The notes under the pieces are model-generated. The model did not search any database, was not told the DNA's origin, and saw nothing but the letters and a program-made list of their open reading frames with translations. A stretch of DNA of 64,000 nt from Ginglymostoma cirratum (lineage: Eukaryota), in the NCBI GenBank assembly GCA_024137785.1, contig JAHRHZ010000038.1:7516444-7580443 (forward strand), written 5' to 3'. This document shows positions 50,810 through 63,504 of this stretch, one piece after another (positions within the stretch are counted from its first letter, which is position 1; every line of letters begins with the position of its first letter). Made by a program: the position numbers and the translations under genes.

Positions 50810-52759
50810 AAAAGTCCAAAACTGTCCAAAACTACCTCCTGCCAAAAGTCCACAAACAGGACTGTCCAGGTAGACCCATTGTTTCAGCCTGCTCATGCCC
50901 CACAGAACTCATCTCTTCCTACCTTGACTCAGTCTTTTCCCCTCTGGTCCAATTCCTAATCACATACATCCATGTTTCATCTGACACCTTATGCCAGTTT
51001 CAAAGCTTCCAGTTTACTGTCTCCAGCCACCTCCTCTTTACCATGGATGTGCAATCCCTTTACACATCCATTCCCCACCAGGAGGGTCTTAGGGCTCTCC
51101 ACTTCTTCCTGGAGCAAAGACCTGAACCATCCCCACCCACCACCACCCTCCTCCGCTTGGCCGAGCTTGTCCTCACCCTCAACAACTTCTCTTTCAACTC
51201 CTCTCATTTTCTTCAGGTAAGAGGGGTTGCCATGGGTACCTGCATGGGCCCTAGTTATGCCCGTCTCTTCATGGAGTACGTGGAACATTCCTTGTTCCAG
51301 TCCTACTCCGGCCCCCACCCACAACTCTTTCTCCGATACAACAATGATATCATTGGTGCTGCTTCCCTCTCTCGTTTGGAATTGGAAAACTTCATCAATT
51401 TCGCCTCCAATTTCTGCCCTGCCCTCCCTTTCACCTGGTCTATCTCTGACTCCTCCCTTCCCCTCCTTGACATTTCTGTTTCCATTTCTGGGGATAGACT
51501 GGCCTCTAATATCCATTACAAACCCATTGACTCCCAAAGTTACCTGGTCTATACACCTTCACACCCCACTTCTTCTAAAGACTCCATTCCATTCTCTCAG
51601 TTTCTCTGTCTCCGTCGAATATGTTCGGACGAGGCCAACTTTGACAAGGGAGCATCCGAAATGTCCACCTTCTTCCTCAACTGATGATTCCCCAGCTCCG
51701 TTGTTGACAGAGCCCTCAACCAGGTCCGACCCATCTCCCACACTTTTACCCTCACCCCCTCTTTCCTCTCGCAACAGCGATAGGGTTCTCCTTATCCTTA
51801 CCTACCATCCCACCAGCATCCACATCCAGAAAATCATCAGACGCCATTTCCACCACCTCCAGCAAGATGCCACCACCAGACACATATTCCCCTCCCCTCC
51901 CTTGTCCGCCTACTGCAGGGACCATTCCCTCCAGGACACCCTGGTCCACATTTCCATCACCTCCAACACCTCCCCACAGCCCTACAGCACCTTCCCCTGT
52001 AACCAGCGAAGGTGCAACACCTGCCCATTTACCTCTTCCCTCCCCAGAATCCAAGGGCCCAAACATACTTTCCAGGTGAAGCAACACTTCACCTGCACTT
52101 CCAAGAATCTAGTCTACTGCATTCGCTGCTCACAATGTGGTCTTCTCTACATTGGGGAATCGAAGCGTAGACTTGGCGACTGCTTCGCAGAACATCTACG
52201 TTCTGCTTGCAAAAAAGACCCAGAACTACCTGTTGCCTGTCACTTCAGTGCACCACCTTGCTCCCTGGCCAACATCTCTGTCTCTGGCTTGCTACAGTGT
52301 TCCAGTGAAGCCCAACACAAGCTGGAGGAACAACACCTCATTTTCCGCTTGGGGACCCTACAGCCCTCCGGACTCAATATTGAGTTCAATAATTTTAGGG
52401 CCTAAACTCTCCCATGTCCCAGGCCCCACCCCACATACCAGACCTTGTTACCACGTAGCTTGCCATTACAAACCCCCTGTTGTTAGTCACTAACAGTCCC
52501 CATTAACAACTATTCACTCTCCCAGCCTGATCATTAGCAACTCCTTTGTCTGTCCAACTGTCTTTCTCTCTCTTTGGGCTCTATCCTATTATTTACTCCC
52601 AATCCCACCCACCTCCCTATTTTCTGCATATAAACAGACATTTTCCCAGCCACCATCAGTTCTGAGGAAGGGTCACCGGACCTGAAACGTTAACTCTGTT
52701 TTCTCCTTCTCAGATGCTGCCAGACCTGCTGAGCTTTTCCAGCAACTTTGTTTTTGTTC
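50810..52759 (+). mobile_element. 5'-truncated Penelope-like retroelement (Neptune type): RT, Zn-knuckle, GIY-YIG and hammerhead tail; pseudogenised
   Basis: YLLPKVHK..PGRPIVS; MDVQSLYTSIP; GVAMGT.MGP.YA.LFM; catalytic YIDD changed to YNND; CNQRRCNTC; NLVYCIRC..CGLLYIGE; 15-bp TSD ATA(G/A)TTTACTGTCCA at 50795-50809 and 52760-52774. Confidence 0.95.
52662..52691 (+). ncRNA. Minimal hammerhead ribozyme motif in the PLE 3' tail
   Basis: AGTT-CTGAGGA-AGGGTC-ACCG-GACCT-GAAA-CGTT-AACT; stem I AGTT/AACT, stem II GGTC/GACC. Confidence 0.75.
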
Positions 52760-53787
52760 ATAATTTACTGTCCACTGGGCAATAAGCACAGATCAGAGCC
52801 CTGGATTACCTATGCACAGATCAACCTTTCAAATTCCAACTTATGTTTTTATGAAGAAAACTAATTTAATCAAAATGACTGTCCACGTCTGTCTAGAGAT
52901 GAACTCTGGAATGTCACAACTGCAAGAGACAAAGACACTCCAAAGGGAGGAAATGCACTACATACTGAGCTGTAATCTCAGGAATTATGTCAGACTGTGA
53001 ACATTGCAGGTAAAAAGGCAACAGTTTGGGTGAGAGAAATGTTTTGAACTTTTCTGTTCAAGAATACACAAGAATGGAGGTTAAAAACTAATAGACTCCT
53101 TGCGTGGGCATGCCTGTGGAAACAGGTGTGCTACTGAACCGAGGTACCCATGTGCATTAGCCAGGGTTTGAGCATGAGTCAAAGGATTAGCCACTAGTTC
53201 ACCCCTGTGTTGCAGATTAAAGATTCTCTTGATCAAAGCACTAAAATTCAGCTCATTGGCAAGCTATGTCAACAGCAAACGCGACAAAATGAGGACTTTC
53301 TTGATCTGAGTGCTGTCAGACAACCATCGTCAAAAGGAACCGGCACCAAAAATATTCAAATAACCCGCAAAGTTAAAAATACTGAAATTAGCTGTTCAAC
53401 TATCAATGTTCCACCATCTACACTTCACTAATGACCCACAGACATTGGTCCATGTATATCTTTTAACTTTTTTTTTCACTCATTTCTCATTTCTAATGTG
53501 CGTATGTCTGCTGTGTTACTATTTTTTCTTGCCTTTAACAGCCAGTTACCCACTTCAACTCAAGCTTAATTGGCTCCTTCGAGAACAAAAATTAATTCAG
53601 TCAAGGAGAAAGGTCTCCACAAGGGAGGGATCCTTTGGCAATTAACCATGTTCTGATCAATAGAGAGGGCGGGTCAATATAGAAGCGAACCAATTCACCC
53701 CTCCTCACTGGGAAGATTGACAATTTGGGGAATCTTATCTCAAACAATAATAACTTGGGAACCATTGTCTGGGCTCTGGTTATAACA

Positions 53788-54005
53788 AAGAATGTTGGAA
53801 ATCACGGCAGGTCAGGCAGCTACCATGGAAAGCAAGCAAGCTAATGTGTCAAGTCTAAGATGACTCTTGATCAGAGCTGTGATGAAGAGTCATCTAGTCT
53901 CGAAACGTTAGCTTCCTCCATCTCTATGGATGCTGCTGACCTGCTGTGATTCCAGCATTTTTTGTTTTCAGCACAGATTCCAGCATCTGCCGTAATTTGC
54001 TCTTC
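53788..54005. mobile_element. 218-bp palindromic PLE-tail mini-element with 14-bp TSD
   Basis: Symmetry centre AGCT (53875-53878) between two opposed degenerate hammerheads; CTCTGGTTATAACA at 53774-53787 and 54006-54019. Confidence 0.85.
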
Positions 54006-55584
54006 CTCTGGTTATAACAGTTGCCCTTCTTTGCTCCCTTAACCATCTTTTTTTCTCCAGCTGAAGGTGTTTTGGTTCCAGCAATGGATGCATTTTAGCT
54101 CAAACTATAAGAACAAGTTCACCTTTTGAGTGATTGCTCACCTGCTTGATGTTTAACTTGCCATGTTCTTGTCCATTACTCAGTACTCACAGTTACTTGT
54201 TTGTGTGTTGACTGTAGTATTCAATCTTGGAAACTTCTGCATTCATCAGAATTATGCTGCCCTAACAGGTTGTATTGGCTGCAGAGGTTCTGCTCTGCTA
54301 ATCAATCACTGTATGTCTTAGAGAAACATTATCTAGCTTTCAACTCATCTTTCATTGGCTCCAAGGCCTATTTTAATTTATTCTCCCTTGAATGTTTTGC
54401 CCTAACTCCTTACTACCTAACCCATATTTTAGCTATTTTACCTTCCCCTACTCCACGGCCTGACTCCCTCTCAGCCCAATAGTTTCCTTTTTGGCTTAGC
54501 AATCTCTGAAGGTGCCCCGCCAAGGCACCTATCACTGCCTTTTAGTGAGCCACAGTCCCAATTGTCCCATCAGCATTCTCACCAACTCTCCCTTTCAGCT
54601 TGTTTGCTGGAAGTTAATCTTGCCATCCTCCTGTACAGTCCTTTGATCTCTCCCACTGCTCATTCCATGCATATAATCAGTCAATGAAGCAACAATCACT
54701 GCCCCTCCTGGAATCTCCCTCCAGAATCAGTTCATTGCTAAACAAAGCCCTTGCCATCCATGACATTGTAGTTGATTGCATTAACATTATGGTCTTGACA
54801 GAAACTTGGTCTGTGATCTTTCCCTGACTGAAAAGTCTGTGACCTGTCTATTTTCCATCACCTGACCCATGCAAACCATTGTAGAGACGGCGAAATCCTC
54901 ATTACCAAATCTCGCCTTATTCTTTCTAATTACTCCTCTAGCATCTTCACCTTGAGTATTTGTTCTGTACTTCACACTGAAGCTGCACATAACTTTCTTG
55001 CTGAGATGCCCTTTCCCACCTTGTTCTTTGCACTGAATGAAATAATCTCTAGATTAGGACATGTGTATACAGGGCAAAATGAGTTTGGAACTATTTGAGG
55101 GGTAGAACATTCATACCTAGAAGCTTTACTGTAGAACATGGAGAGCTAAAAAGGCATGCAGAGCTGTCATAGGCCTGCATAGGCTTGTCAAGGTATCCAG
55201 TGGAGCTGAGGAATGGCCTGGATCAGTACTGCAAACCAATAGATCAAATAAGGCGGTGGAGGGAAACCTGCTCCCCCTTGCTAACTGATAACATTGGGGT
55301 GGTTTCTCCTTAGATGATCCCCTTTTTCACATCTACAGTTGTAAAAGGTTAATGCTGAGGGGTGCCTTAAGTACCACGTATTATGATGGTGTTACTTGGT
55401 TTTGATGAGAGAACAGCTTAGGATTTCAAAGGAGTATGACCTACTCTCCGAGTCCTCCTCGTAGTCTTTGTAATTTATTTAGGCAACTGAGTAGAAAATT
55501 AACAAACAAGACCTCAATTGTAATAACCTCTTTGACAGCTGCTGTCAAACCATAAGTACATACTCTAAATGTGATTGTTAGCAT

Positions 55585-56130
55585 GCTGTAAGGTTAGGAT
55601 GCCAAATGGGTTTTGAAGGATAGTGGCAGGATGGCAGGGTACCAAGCAAATAGGATACCATCTGGGAAGGATGCCAGCTGTGGGGAGGGTAGAGTGCAAG
55701 GAGTAGGATGTAAGATAGGGTGTCAGATTTGTAGGCTGCCAGCTGGGTAGCTTCCAGTTAAGGAGGAGGCAGGTGGGTAGAATGCCAAGAGGGAAGGGTG
55801 TAGGTTTCCAAGTGGGTGGGATACCAAGGTGCAAGGTAAATGATCCAATATTTAGAACAGGTTAGGATGGGAGGGATAAACTGAATCCAGCAGGAAGGGT
55901 GGGTTCCATGTCTGGCGTGGTTAGGCTTGGTTGGGTTGGGTTAGGTCAGGTCTGGCTGGGGAGGGTGTTGATGGTTGACGTCCAGGACAGGTAGTGAGAT
56001 GAGATGGGAGAGTTGACTAGGGTCTGATAGCAGCAGGTGAGAGGGGTGTATGTTGTGCCCTCTCCCAGGGTGAGTGGTGCTGAGTCCCACTTGTGGGGTA
56101 TGTTGAGTCCCTGAGTTGGGGGGAGAAGTT
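55585..56130 (+). repeat. G-rich strand-biased low-complexity tract
   Basis: Degenerate GGGTAG/GGCAGG/GGATGCCA units; 'ggttaggcttggttgggttgggttagg'. Confidence 0.65.
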
Positions 56131-58034
56131 ACTCAGGTGTCAAACTATGCATTTAATAGTTTAATATATCCTGAGTAACTATTTTGCTTAATGTAGTTGG
56201 AACCCACCAAAATCTTCAATTTAAGTGGTGTCTTTTGGAGGTTTCCAGCTTAAAGGAATTGCCTGGTGAAAAATTCAATCTCCTGAGCAATTCCCTGGGA
56301 ATGTGTTGTGATAAGGATTCTGCAGGTTTCCTTTGTTCACCTTTGATCTATGCCAGAATAACTACTTTCTGGCCAATGCAACATCTGGGCCAATGTGAAA
56401 AGCCATAAGGAAAAGGCAGGAAAATGACACAAATTCATTTTGCATATTGGATACCCATTGCAAAAACTTAATTTTCACTTAAAGCCCAAAGTTGTGCAAA
56501 TGTTGCTAAAATTCATTGAATGATCACAAGTTCATAAACAGCCAAAAACAAAGCCATTAGACAGTTGGACTAGCTGTGAACGTGCCACCTATACCTAATC
56601 ATGTTGTAGAGAATTGAATTTTACTTTGGTCTACCTGATACTTCCTTTAAATGAAATGCTGTATATGCAAAGTCCTGAGGGGCTAATATTGGCGTCAATT
56701 CTGAAAATAGAACACAATTGTAGCATATTTAGTTACGGGAATCGAACTTGAATTGCGATTTGACAGATACTAAAGCCCTCTGTATTCATGCAGTCTTGTG
56801 ATATATGCAGCTGACTAGCATAAAACACTAGTAGCTTGGCAACTGCACATAGCAACTCATTTTGCACAAATGTGATATGTAGCACTCTGTGCAATAAATT
56901 TTCTTTTCAGGTGAAATCTGATAATGCCATCCCTTACTCTTCAGCTCATATTTCAATGTAGATTGAATTGTGACAAATCTGGAGAGTTATGTTCTGAGGT
57001 AAAGCATGGATTTTCTAGTAAGACAATTAAAAGCAACTGGTTGGATACTTCCTTTCGTTTTTCTCCATTTATTGGGCACAGGTGAGTGGTACATTACTTA
57101 CATTACCCCATGTATGAATCCACGTTGGTAAAAATGTCTGACACTGAGTTGTTTTAAACAACATGCAGGGGATGTGGAAAAGCGAGAAACTTGTCAACAT
57201 GAAGACATTGCAGAAGTCACTTGGTATTAGATTTCAGTCTGTTTCGTTTTCATAATTTTTTTAATTAACTGAAAAACATGATATGCCAGTGAGAGCTTAT
57301 TCTGGCAGTAGTGAACATCTATTTTCAATTTAATCAAACCAGGCGACAGGATGTTTTGGTTTATGGCATTTGTTGGATTATCATTCTTAAAGCCAAAGAT
57401 TCTTTTGAACCAAGTTGTTACTGATTATCTCCTGTCTATAGATTGCATAAATGTTTGGGTGTACCTCACAACTCTGACCTGTACCAACGAGAAGGACGAA
57501 CATAGAATCATCATCGCTACGGTGGTTCTTCTCATACCATCCTGATAAAGTCGCATTTGGCTGTCTCTTCATTATCCATGACCAAAAACTTTGAATTTCC
57601 TACCTAACACCAACCACAGTGAGAATATAAAGACTGCAGACAGCTCCACAATCAACTGTTAGGGGTAACTACAAAAAAGCAATTGATATTGTCTTGCCAG
57701 AATATCCAACATCACAACAAAAATAAAAATGTAGGCTAAAAGGTTTTACCTCTACAGCACCTCTAGAACCAGAGTTACAGAAGCTGGAGGCTTTCGAAAT
57801 GGCAACTACAGTCCTCCCAGCCCCACTAGTTGGGCAGGAAGAAAGTTAGTGAGCAAACTCATAAATCGGTCAAAAGACAAAATGTTTGGATTTGAGAAGT
57901 ACCTCATCTACATCAAATTACCCTGCAAAATATCCTAAAAATTTAAACAACAACTATGGTATGCAGGAGATATTTTCCACAAATATGATGTTGCTGTAAG
58001 TCCAATAAGTTGTTCTGCTTCAAAAACTCTCATA

Positions 58035-58162
58035 AGTTCTGAGGAAAGGTCACTTGACCTGAAAGGCTAACTCTAATTTCTCTCCACAGATGCTGCCAGA
58101 CCTGCTGAGCTTTTCCACAATTCCCATTTTTGTTTTTGATTTACACCACTTGCAGTTCTTTC
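58035..58162 (+). mobile_element. PLE 3' tail with mutated hammerhead
   Basis: AGTT-CTGAGGA-AAGGTC-ACTT-GACCT-GAAA-GGCT-AACT followed by the same tail as 52690-52760. Confidence 0.75.
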
Positions 58163-59009
58163 AGCTTTTCGGATGTTCTGCTTCCTGCACAACTGAACAA
58201 TCTTGCGTATGAATTTCAGTGATGATGCAATATGGGGCATATGGGGCATATATCTCAGAGAACAGCTGATCAATTTAAATAGCATGTTACTTTGGTTGTT
58301 TGTAATAGGTAGAGAGCAGACTATACTCAAACAGTTTGTACTTGCAAATTCCAAAATGTCTACTCTTAGATGTTGTTCTGCAATGGGGCAGCACTTGGTG
58401 AAAATCATGAATCCGTACAAGCTGTGCTAACAATCAATTTAGGATAATCAGTCAAGCTCATAACTGGCTCATTTATACCTGCTAAAAGTAACAGAGATAG
58501 CAATGTGAGGGTCTGTTCTTTGCAAACTAAAAGGAGGATGTATAAGCTTTGCATATTTTGTGGATTACCCAGGACCTTTGAGGGTCTATAATTCCCTACA
58601 ATTTTGTCTATTGCAGCACCTTAACCAATCAAAGTCAATCTCCCAAATCATCACCCTTTTCTCCTGTTGTATTAAATTGCCGTGGATCATTTCAAATATT
58701 GCGCTCTTGCTTTTGTCCTGATGAGTGGAAGACAGAATTCTTCAACACCATGTCTCTTTTCAGTAATATACAACCAAATAACCCGTGGTTCTAATAATTT
58801 TAGAAGAGAGACAAAATTGGCAAAGAATACTTTGCAAACTCTCCATACCACTCCTTTTGTTTATAAATTTTGATTGACCTGCACTTCCTGTTTATTTCCC
58901 ACATTTTATATTTTTATTTCAGATTTCCATGATTTATAATATTGTTCCTTCTTATAAAGCTGATTACAGAGAACGAGTGAATGTAATGTATTTGTATTTT
59001 GAATATGTT

Positions 59010-59290
59010 TGATAAGCTGTCACATGAAAGGGTACTACATGAGCTCATCATGTTGGGTTTGCTACATTAGCAGGGTAAAGGATTGGTTTAGCAACAACTA
59101 ATAGAGATGTCAGATAATTATTTATTTTCAGGTTGACAAACTGTAACTAGTGGACTAATGCTGGTATCAGCTTAAATTATTTGTATTCTATGCTCATGAT
59201 TTAGATGAAGAGACATTCTGTATTGTAGCCAGATTTGCTGATGACACAAAGTTGGGTAGGAAAGCAAGTTGCAAGGAAGATATATTAACT
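59010..59290 (+). mobile_element. Decayed CR1 RT fragment
   Basis: 'gtaactagtgga', 'agatttgctgatgacacaaagttgggt' (RFADDTKLG). Confidence 0.7.
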
Positions 59291-59564
59291 CTAATCTTCT
59301 AATTTAGGTTGGAATCCTTATTTCTGAACTAGATCAAACAGAAGTTAACCTTTTTACATTTATTGGACAATTTAGGTTATCTTCCCATTCAGGATTCATC
59401 CCAACAGACTCAATCCAGAAAAACCACTCAGGTGGCATTAGTAAGAATCTTCCCAGAAGCCACATCCCCTTCTTGGCAGCAATAGATGCTGCATTCTATA
59501 AAGTAAAATTTTCAAATATTCTCAGAGCCTTATTGACAAGCTACTGAGAAATGGCCGGAGTTTA

Positions 59565-60430
59565 CGCTAGGAGTAGGGTGAGGGTGTAGATTGACAAGTA
59601 AGTCAGTGAAGGGCTAATATGGCAGTTGGTTAAGGAGGTACAGTACAAGGTACGTTAGGGTATAGGGTACCAGATCGGTTGATGAGGGGGTAGGATGGTA
59701 GGTAATTGGCGAGGGGATCGAGTGACAGGTTATTTAGAGAATATGTTAACAGGTGGGTGGGTCCGGGGATAGGGTGCTAGCTGAGTGTGTGAGGCTACAG
59801 GCTGTCAGCTGGGTGGCGGATAGTATGGTAGTTAAGTGGGGGAACAGGTAGGGTGGCAGCAGAATAGTTTGGTAGGTGGACAATGTGGCAGATGGGTAGG
59901 GCATCAGGTGGGCAAGATAGCAGATGGGTAGGGAAGTGGGTGGGTAAGGAGAAAGGGTGGCAGATGGGCTGGCTGGCAGATAAGCCAGATGGCAGTGTGG
60001 CAGCTTAGTGTTTGAGGAAGTTAGAATAGCAAGCAAGTAAAATGCTGGGTTGTGAGGGGATATATTGGTGGGTAAGTTGGTAAGGGATAGAGCAGCTGGT
60101 GATGGTGAGGGTATGGTGGGTGGTGGTAGGGTGGGAGTTGGGTTTTTGGATGGGGGAATGTAAGTGGTTGCTTGGGTGGTGTTGTAGATGGTCGTGCAGC
60201 AGGTGAGTGTGGTGATGAGTCAGGTTGTTGGGTGGCTGCTAACTGGGTGAGAAACATCAGTAGGAATGGCTGGTTACGATGTCTCTGTGTGTCAGAGGGT
60301 TTAGACACCTGGTATCAGGGCTGGGAAGGGAATCAGCTGGAAGGGAGTGCCAAGTTAAGTGTGGGGAAGGAGGCTGGTCTGTGTGATGGTTGGAGGATTC
60401 ACTTTCACTGATTAGAGGGTGGGTGGGGTG
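59565..60430 (+). repeat. G-rich strand-biased low-complexity tract
   Basis: Repeated GGGTGGCAG/GGGTAGG/GGTGGG-like units over about 870 bp. Confidence 0.7.
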
Positions 60431-60709
60431 ATTGCTGGGGAAACCTACAGTTGTATTGTTGACCAGCAGTTATCAATTTAAGTTTCCTGAGTACCTATCG
60501 ATGTAAGTAATTAATTTATAACATTCTGAAACCTCTCTATCAAGAGACAACAACTTTTTCAGGTGTTTCAGATTCTGGGTAATTGCTGACTGAACATTTA
60601 AATTTTCAAATCAAGCAATTACTAGAACCTCCAATAGTGTCCTGACATGAATGTGACACCTGACATGGTGTGTCTGATCTCTGACCGTCTAGAGATTGGA
60701 AGGTCTGGG

Positions 60710-61090
60710 CCAATGAGTGTGTAAAGGGATACAGCTAGGGTACATGAACGAGCAAGGCTTGGCAGATGGAGTATAATGTGGAAAATATGAGGTCATCCAC
60801 CTTGGCAGTGACGATATAAAAGGAGAAGTTGGCATTCATTGGAAATAGACTACAGGACTCAATGGATTCTCAATGGCCTTGTCTGTGAATCTCAAAATGT
60901 TACAATGTAGTACAGCTTCAGGAATGTTGCTATTTATTGTAAGGGAGGTGGAGTATAAAATAGGGAAGTCATGTTACAACTGCATCGGACATTGAGGCTG
61001 CATGTGGAGTACTGTATACAGTTTTGTTCTTGTTATGAAAGAAGGAACATGCTGACATTGGAAGCAGTTCAGAGTTGGGATGAAGGATTG
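60710..61090 (+). mobile_element. Decayed CR1 fragment
   Basis: 'tggcagatggagtataatgtgg' (WQMEYNV), MLQLHRTLRLHVEYCIQF. Confidence 0.7.
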
Positions 61091-61535
61091 TGTCATGATT
61101 CACTCAAGTGGTGCACTGGAATCAAGACTCACCAAGTCCCGAACTTGCTGATTGACAAACTCAAGTTAAAAGAAAACATTGACTTGACTTTTGTACATAA
61201 CAAGAAAATAACTATTTATTATGCACAAATTGCCTTTAACCAATTAGGAAATATGAATGACTAATTTATAAAAAGTTAAACTTCATCTTTTTGTAAGTTT
61301 TTCCCCTTCCTAAATAGATAGGTGCACAAAGACATACAAGACATGGATATTAAACATGGTAAGCAAAAATAATTCAGTGAAGCTCAGTTTGACAGCCTTT
61401 GTCTAGGCCACAGGATGCAGTCTCTTGAATTCATTTTAGCTGTTCATTGTTGACACAAGCTGTTTACACAACAATACCCTCTTGCATTCATTGGGTGAGA
61501 AACTGTCATTAAAGCCATTGTTGAGTTACCATAGT

Positions 61536-61735
61536 CATTCCAGACCATAGGGCTGCTCTCTCATGAGAGAGATGACTGGTGGTGCTTTAACCTGAGTGCC
61601 ACTATATCTCAGGCAACGGGAGAGATTGAGGAGGAGAGTCCTTCGTGGTAGCATCAGCCAGCGTGTGGATTGAACCGATGTTGTTGGTATCACACTGCCT
61701 CACAGACCAACCATCCAGCCAACTGAGCTAAAGCA
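61536..61735 (-). mobile_element. tRNA-derived SINE
   Basis: Reverse complement begins 'ttagctcagttggctggatgg' (A-box) and has 'ggttcaatcc' (B-box); a related remnant lies at about 45160-45260. Confidence 0.7.
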
Positions 61736-61869
61736 ACCCTGAAAGAATGGGCGGTGACAAATCTACATTCCAGTGGTCAATAATACAGAATTCATACGAT
61801 ATGTTGAGCTGCACTAGGAATTGCTCTTATAACTGGATATTTTGTCTTCTGAAGAACTAGGGAAAGCAG

Positions 61870-62155
61870 TCTTGAAATAAGGGGTCTTCCGTTTAAGATG
61901 GATTTAAGAAGGAAGTTCTTTTCTCTATGTCATTAGTTTGGAATTCCTTATCAGAGAGCAGTGAAGACCGAGTTATTGAATATGCTTAAATTTAAGTTGA
62001 ATAGATTTTTGATCAGCGATGGTTTAAGATGTTTTCAGGGGAATAGGCAGCTAAGTGGGGTTAAGGCCATAAGGAGATCAGCCATGATCCTATCAAACAG
62101 CAGACCAGGCTTGAGGGTCTGAGTAATCTACTCCTGTTCCTGTTTCTTCTTATGA
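61870..62155 (+). mobile_element. CR1 3' end remnant
   Basis: 'tttggaattcctta..gatcagccatgatc..ggcttgagggtctgagtaatctactcctgttcct'. Confidence 0.7.
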
Positions 62156-63504
62156 TCTTTCTTGTGACTTAGAAAAGGTTAGAATTTGTTCTTCCTATAA
62201 ACATTCAAAATAGTTGCGCTATAACAGTGTATGAGGCTACTTAAAGCTGTGGTCTACAAACCACCCAACCCTGGAGAACCATAACATCTATGGCAAGAAG
62301 TGCTTTCCTGATACTTTCCTTATTGTTTTATATGTTTGTTTATTAATATTATTGAATCTGTCAGGAAGTGTGATGAAATACTCTAGTTATGCATATTCAA
62401 AGTCAGGTTCAATGAATGTTTATTTCAAGACCCCTGCAAAATGATATCATTTAACTGAAATTTTCTATTAAAACAATATCCTAAAGATCCTACTATTTGA
62501 TGTGTTTCCTCTTTAAGTTCAATGAATGACCTAAGTGTGTATGTGCCTTTTGCATGTGTCTGGGGAGATTGTCTGGAGAAATTTCTTCCTCTTAGTCAAA
62601 CGGACCCAGCTCAAATGATCAGAAACCCAATTCAGAAAGGTTCTTTTTTAATCCGATGAGCAATTGTCTGTGCTGTCAGCAGTACAGTGCTGTAATAGTC
62701 CTGATAACTCAATAATTGAAGCATCTTCCTGCAGTGTTTAACATGGGGAGAGCATTACAGGGTCTGAGTACAAAGGGGTCAATTTTAGGAGATGTAATGT
62801 CCCTTCTGAAAGATAACTATTCAAAACTGGTTGATCTAATCTAAAATGGGAAAAGATCCAACATAACAATTCAACAAGTGCTCCTGCAACACAAGGACCT
62901 TGAATGTTCAATTCTCTTTTATGGCCTGGTCTACATCAGTTATTTGGGAACCGAGACTAATTTAGCCAATTCGTCTTTCAACATTGGTCTAAAGGTTTTT
63001 CATCAGATGGGTAAAGAGTAAAGGCTCTGTGCAACTGGGAAGAAAATGGTGATGACCTCAGTTTGCTTTAATCGTTTGATCTGATCTACTGTAATTATAT
63101 AGAGGCAAGTTTCATACAGTAGAGTTTGTTCTTGTTCTCTTGATGGAATGATATATTACTGAGACATTTTCAGATTAAACAGCCCTCAGTGCATTGAATT
63201 CACACAAGACTGTTTTTTAAAATTAAGAATCAGTAAGTACTGGCTGAAAAAAAGAACTGATCATTCAGGTGGAGGTGAAAGAGAGTTTACAAGGAAATAT
63301 TTGGCATTTTCATTCATACAAAAACTAAGTTATTGTTTGTATAAAAGGCATCTGATTGCTTCAAATGTTATGTTTTACAACAGTCAATAAATTATACATA
63401 TAATGTGCATGAAAATGTATGTGCAAAATCTGAAGCTATGTCTCATGTCATGAAATTGGGTGAGGAAATTATGTTTCCATACCAGGTACAGCTATTCATA
63501 CATT

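Noticed and set aside
51227-51740. 392-aa ORF as a single protein
   Set aside because: Its N-terminal part is the off-frame shadow of the RT ORF; only the C-terminal part (knuckle and GIY-YIG) is the real frame
55915-55950. Telomere-like GGTTAGG/GGGTT repeats
   Set aside because: Too short and degenerate; no (TTAGGG)n array
59390-59435. Possible 39-nt exon (cag|GATTCATCC...CAG|gtggca)
   Set aside because: Weak donor and no similarity to the expected MICU2 sequence
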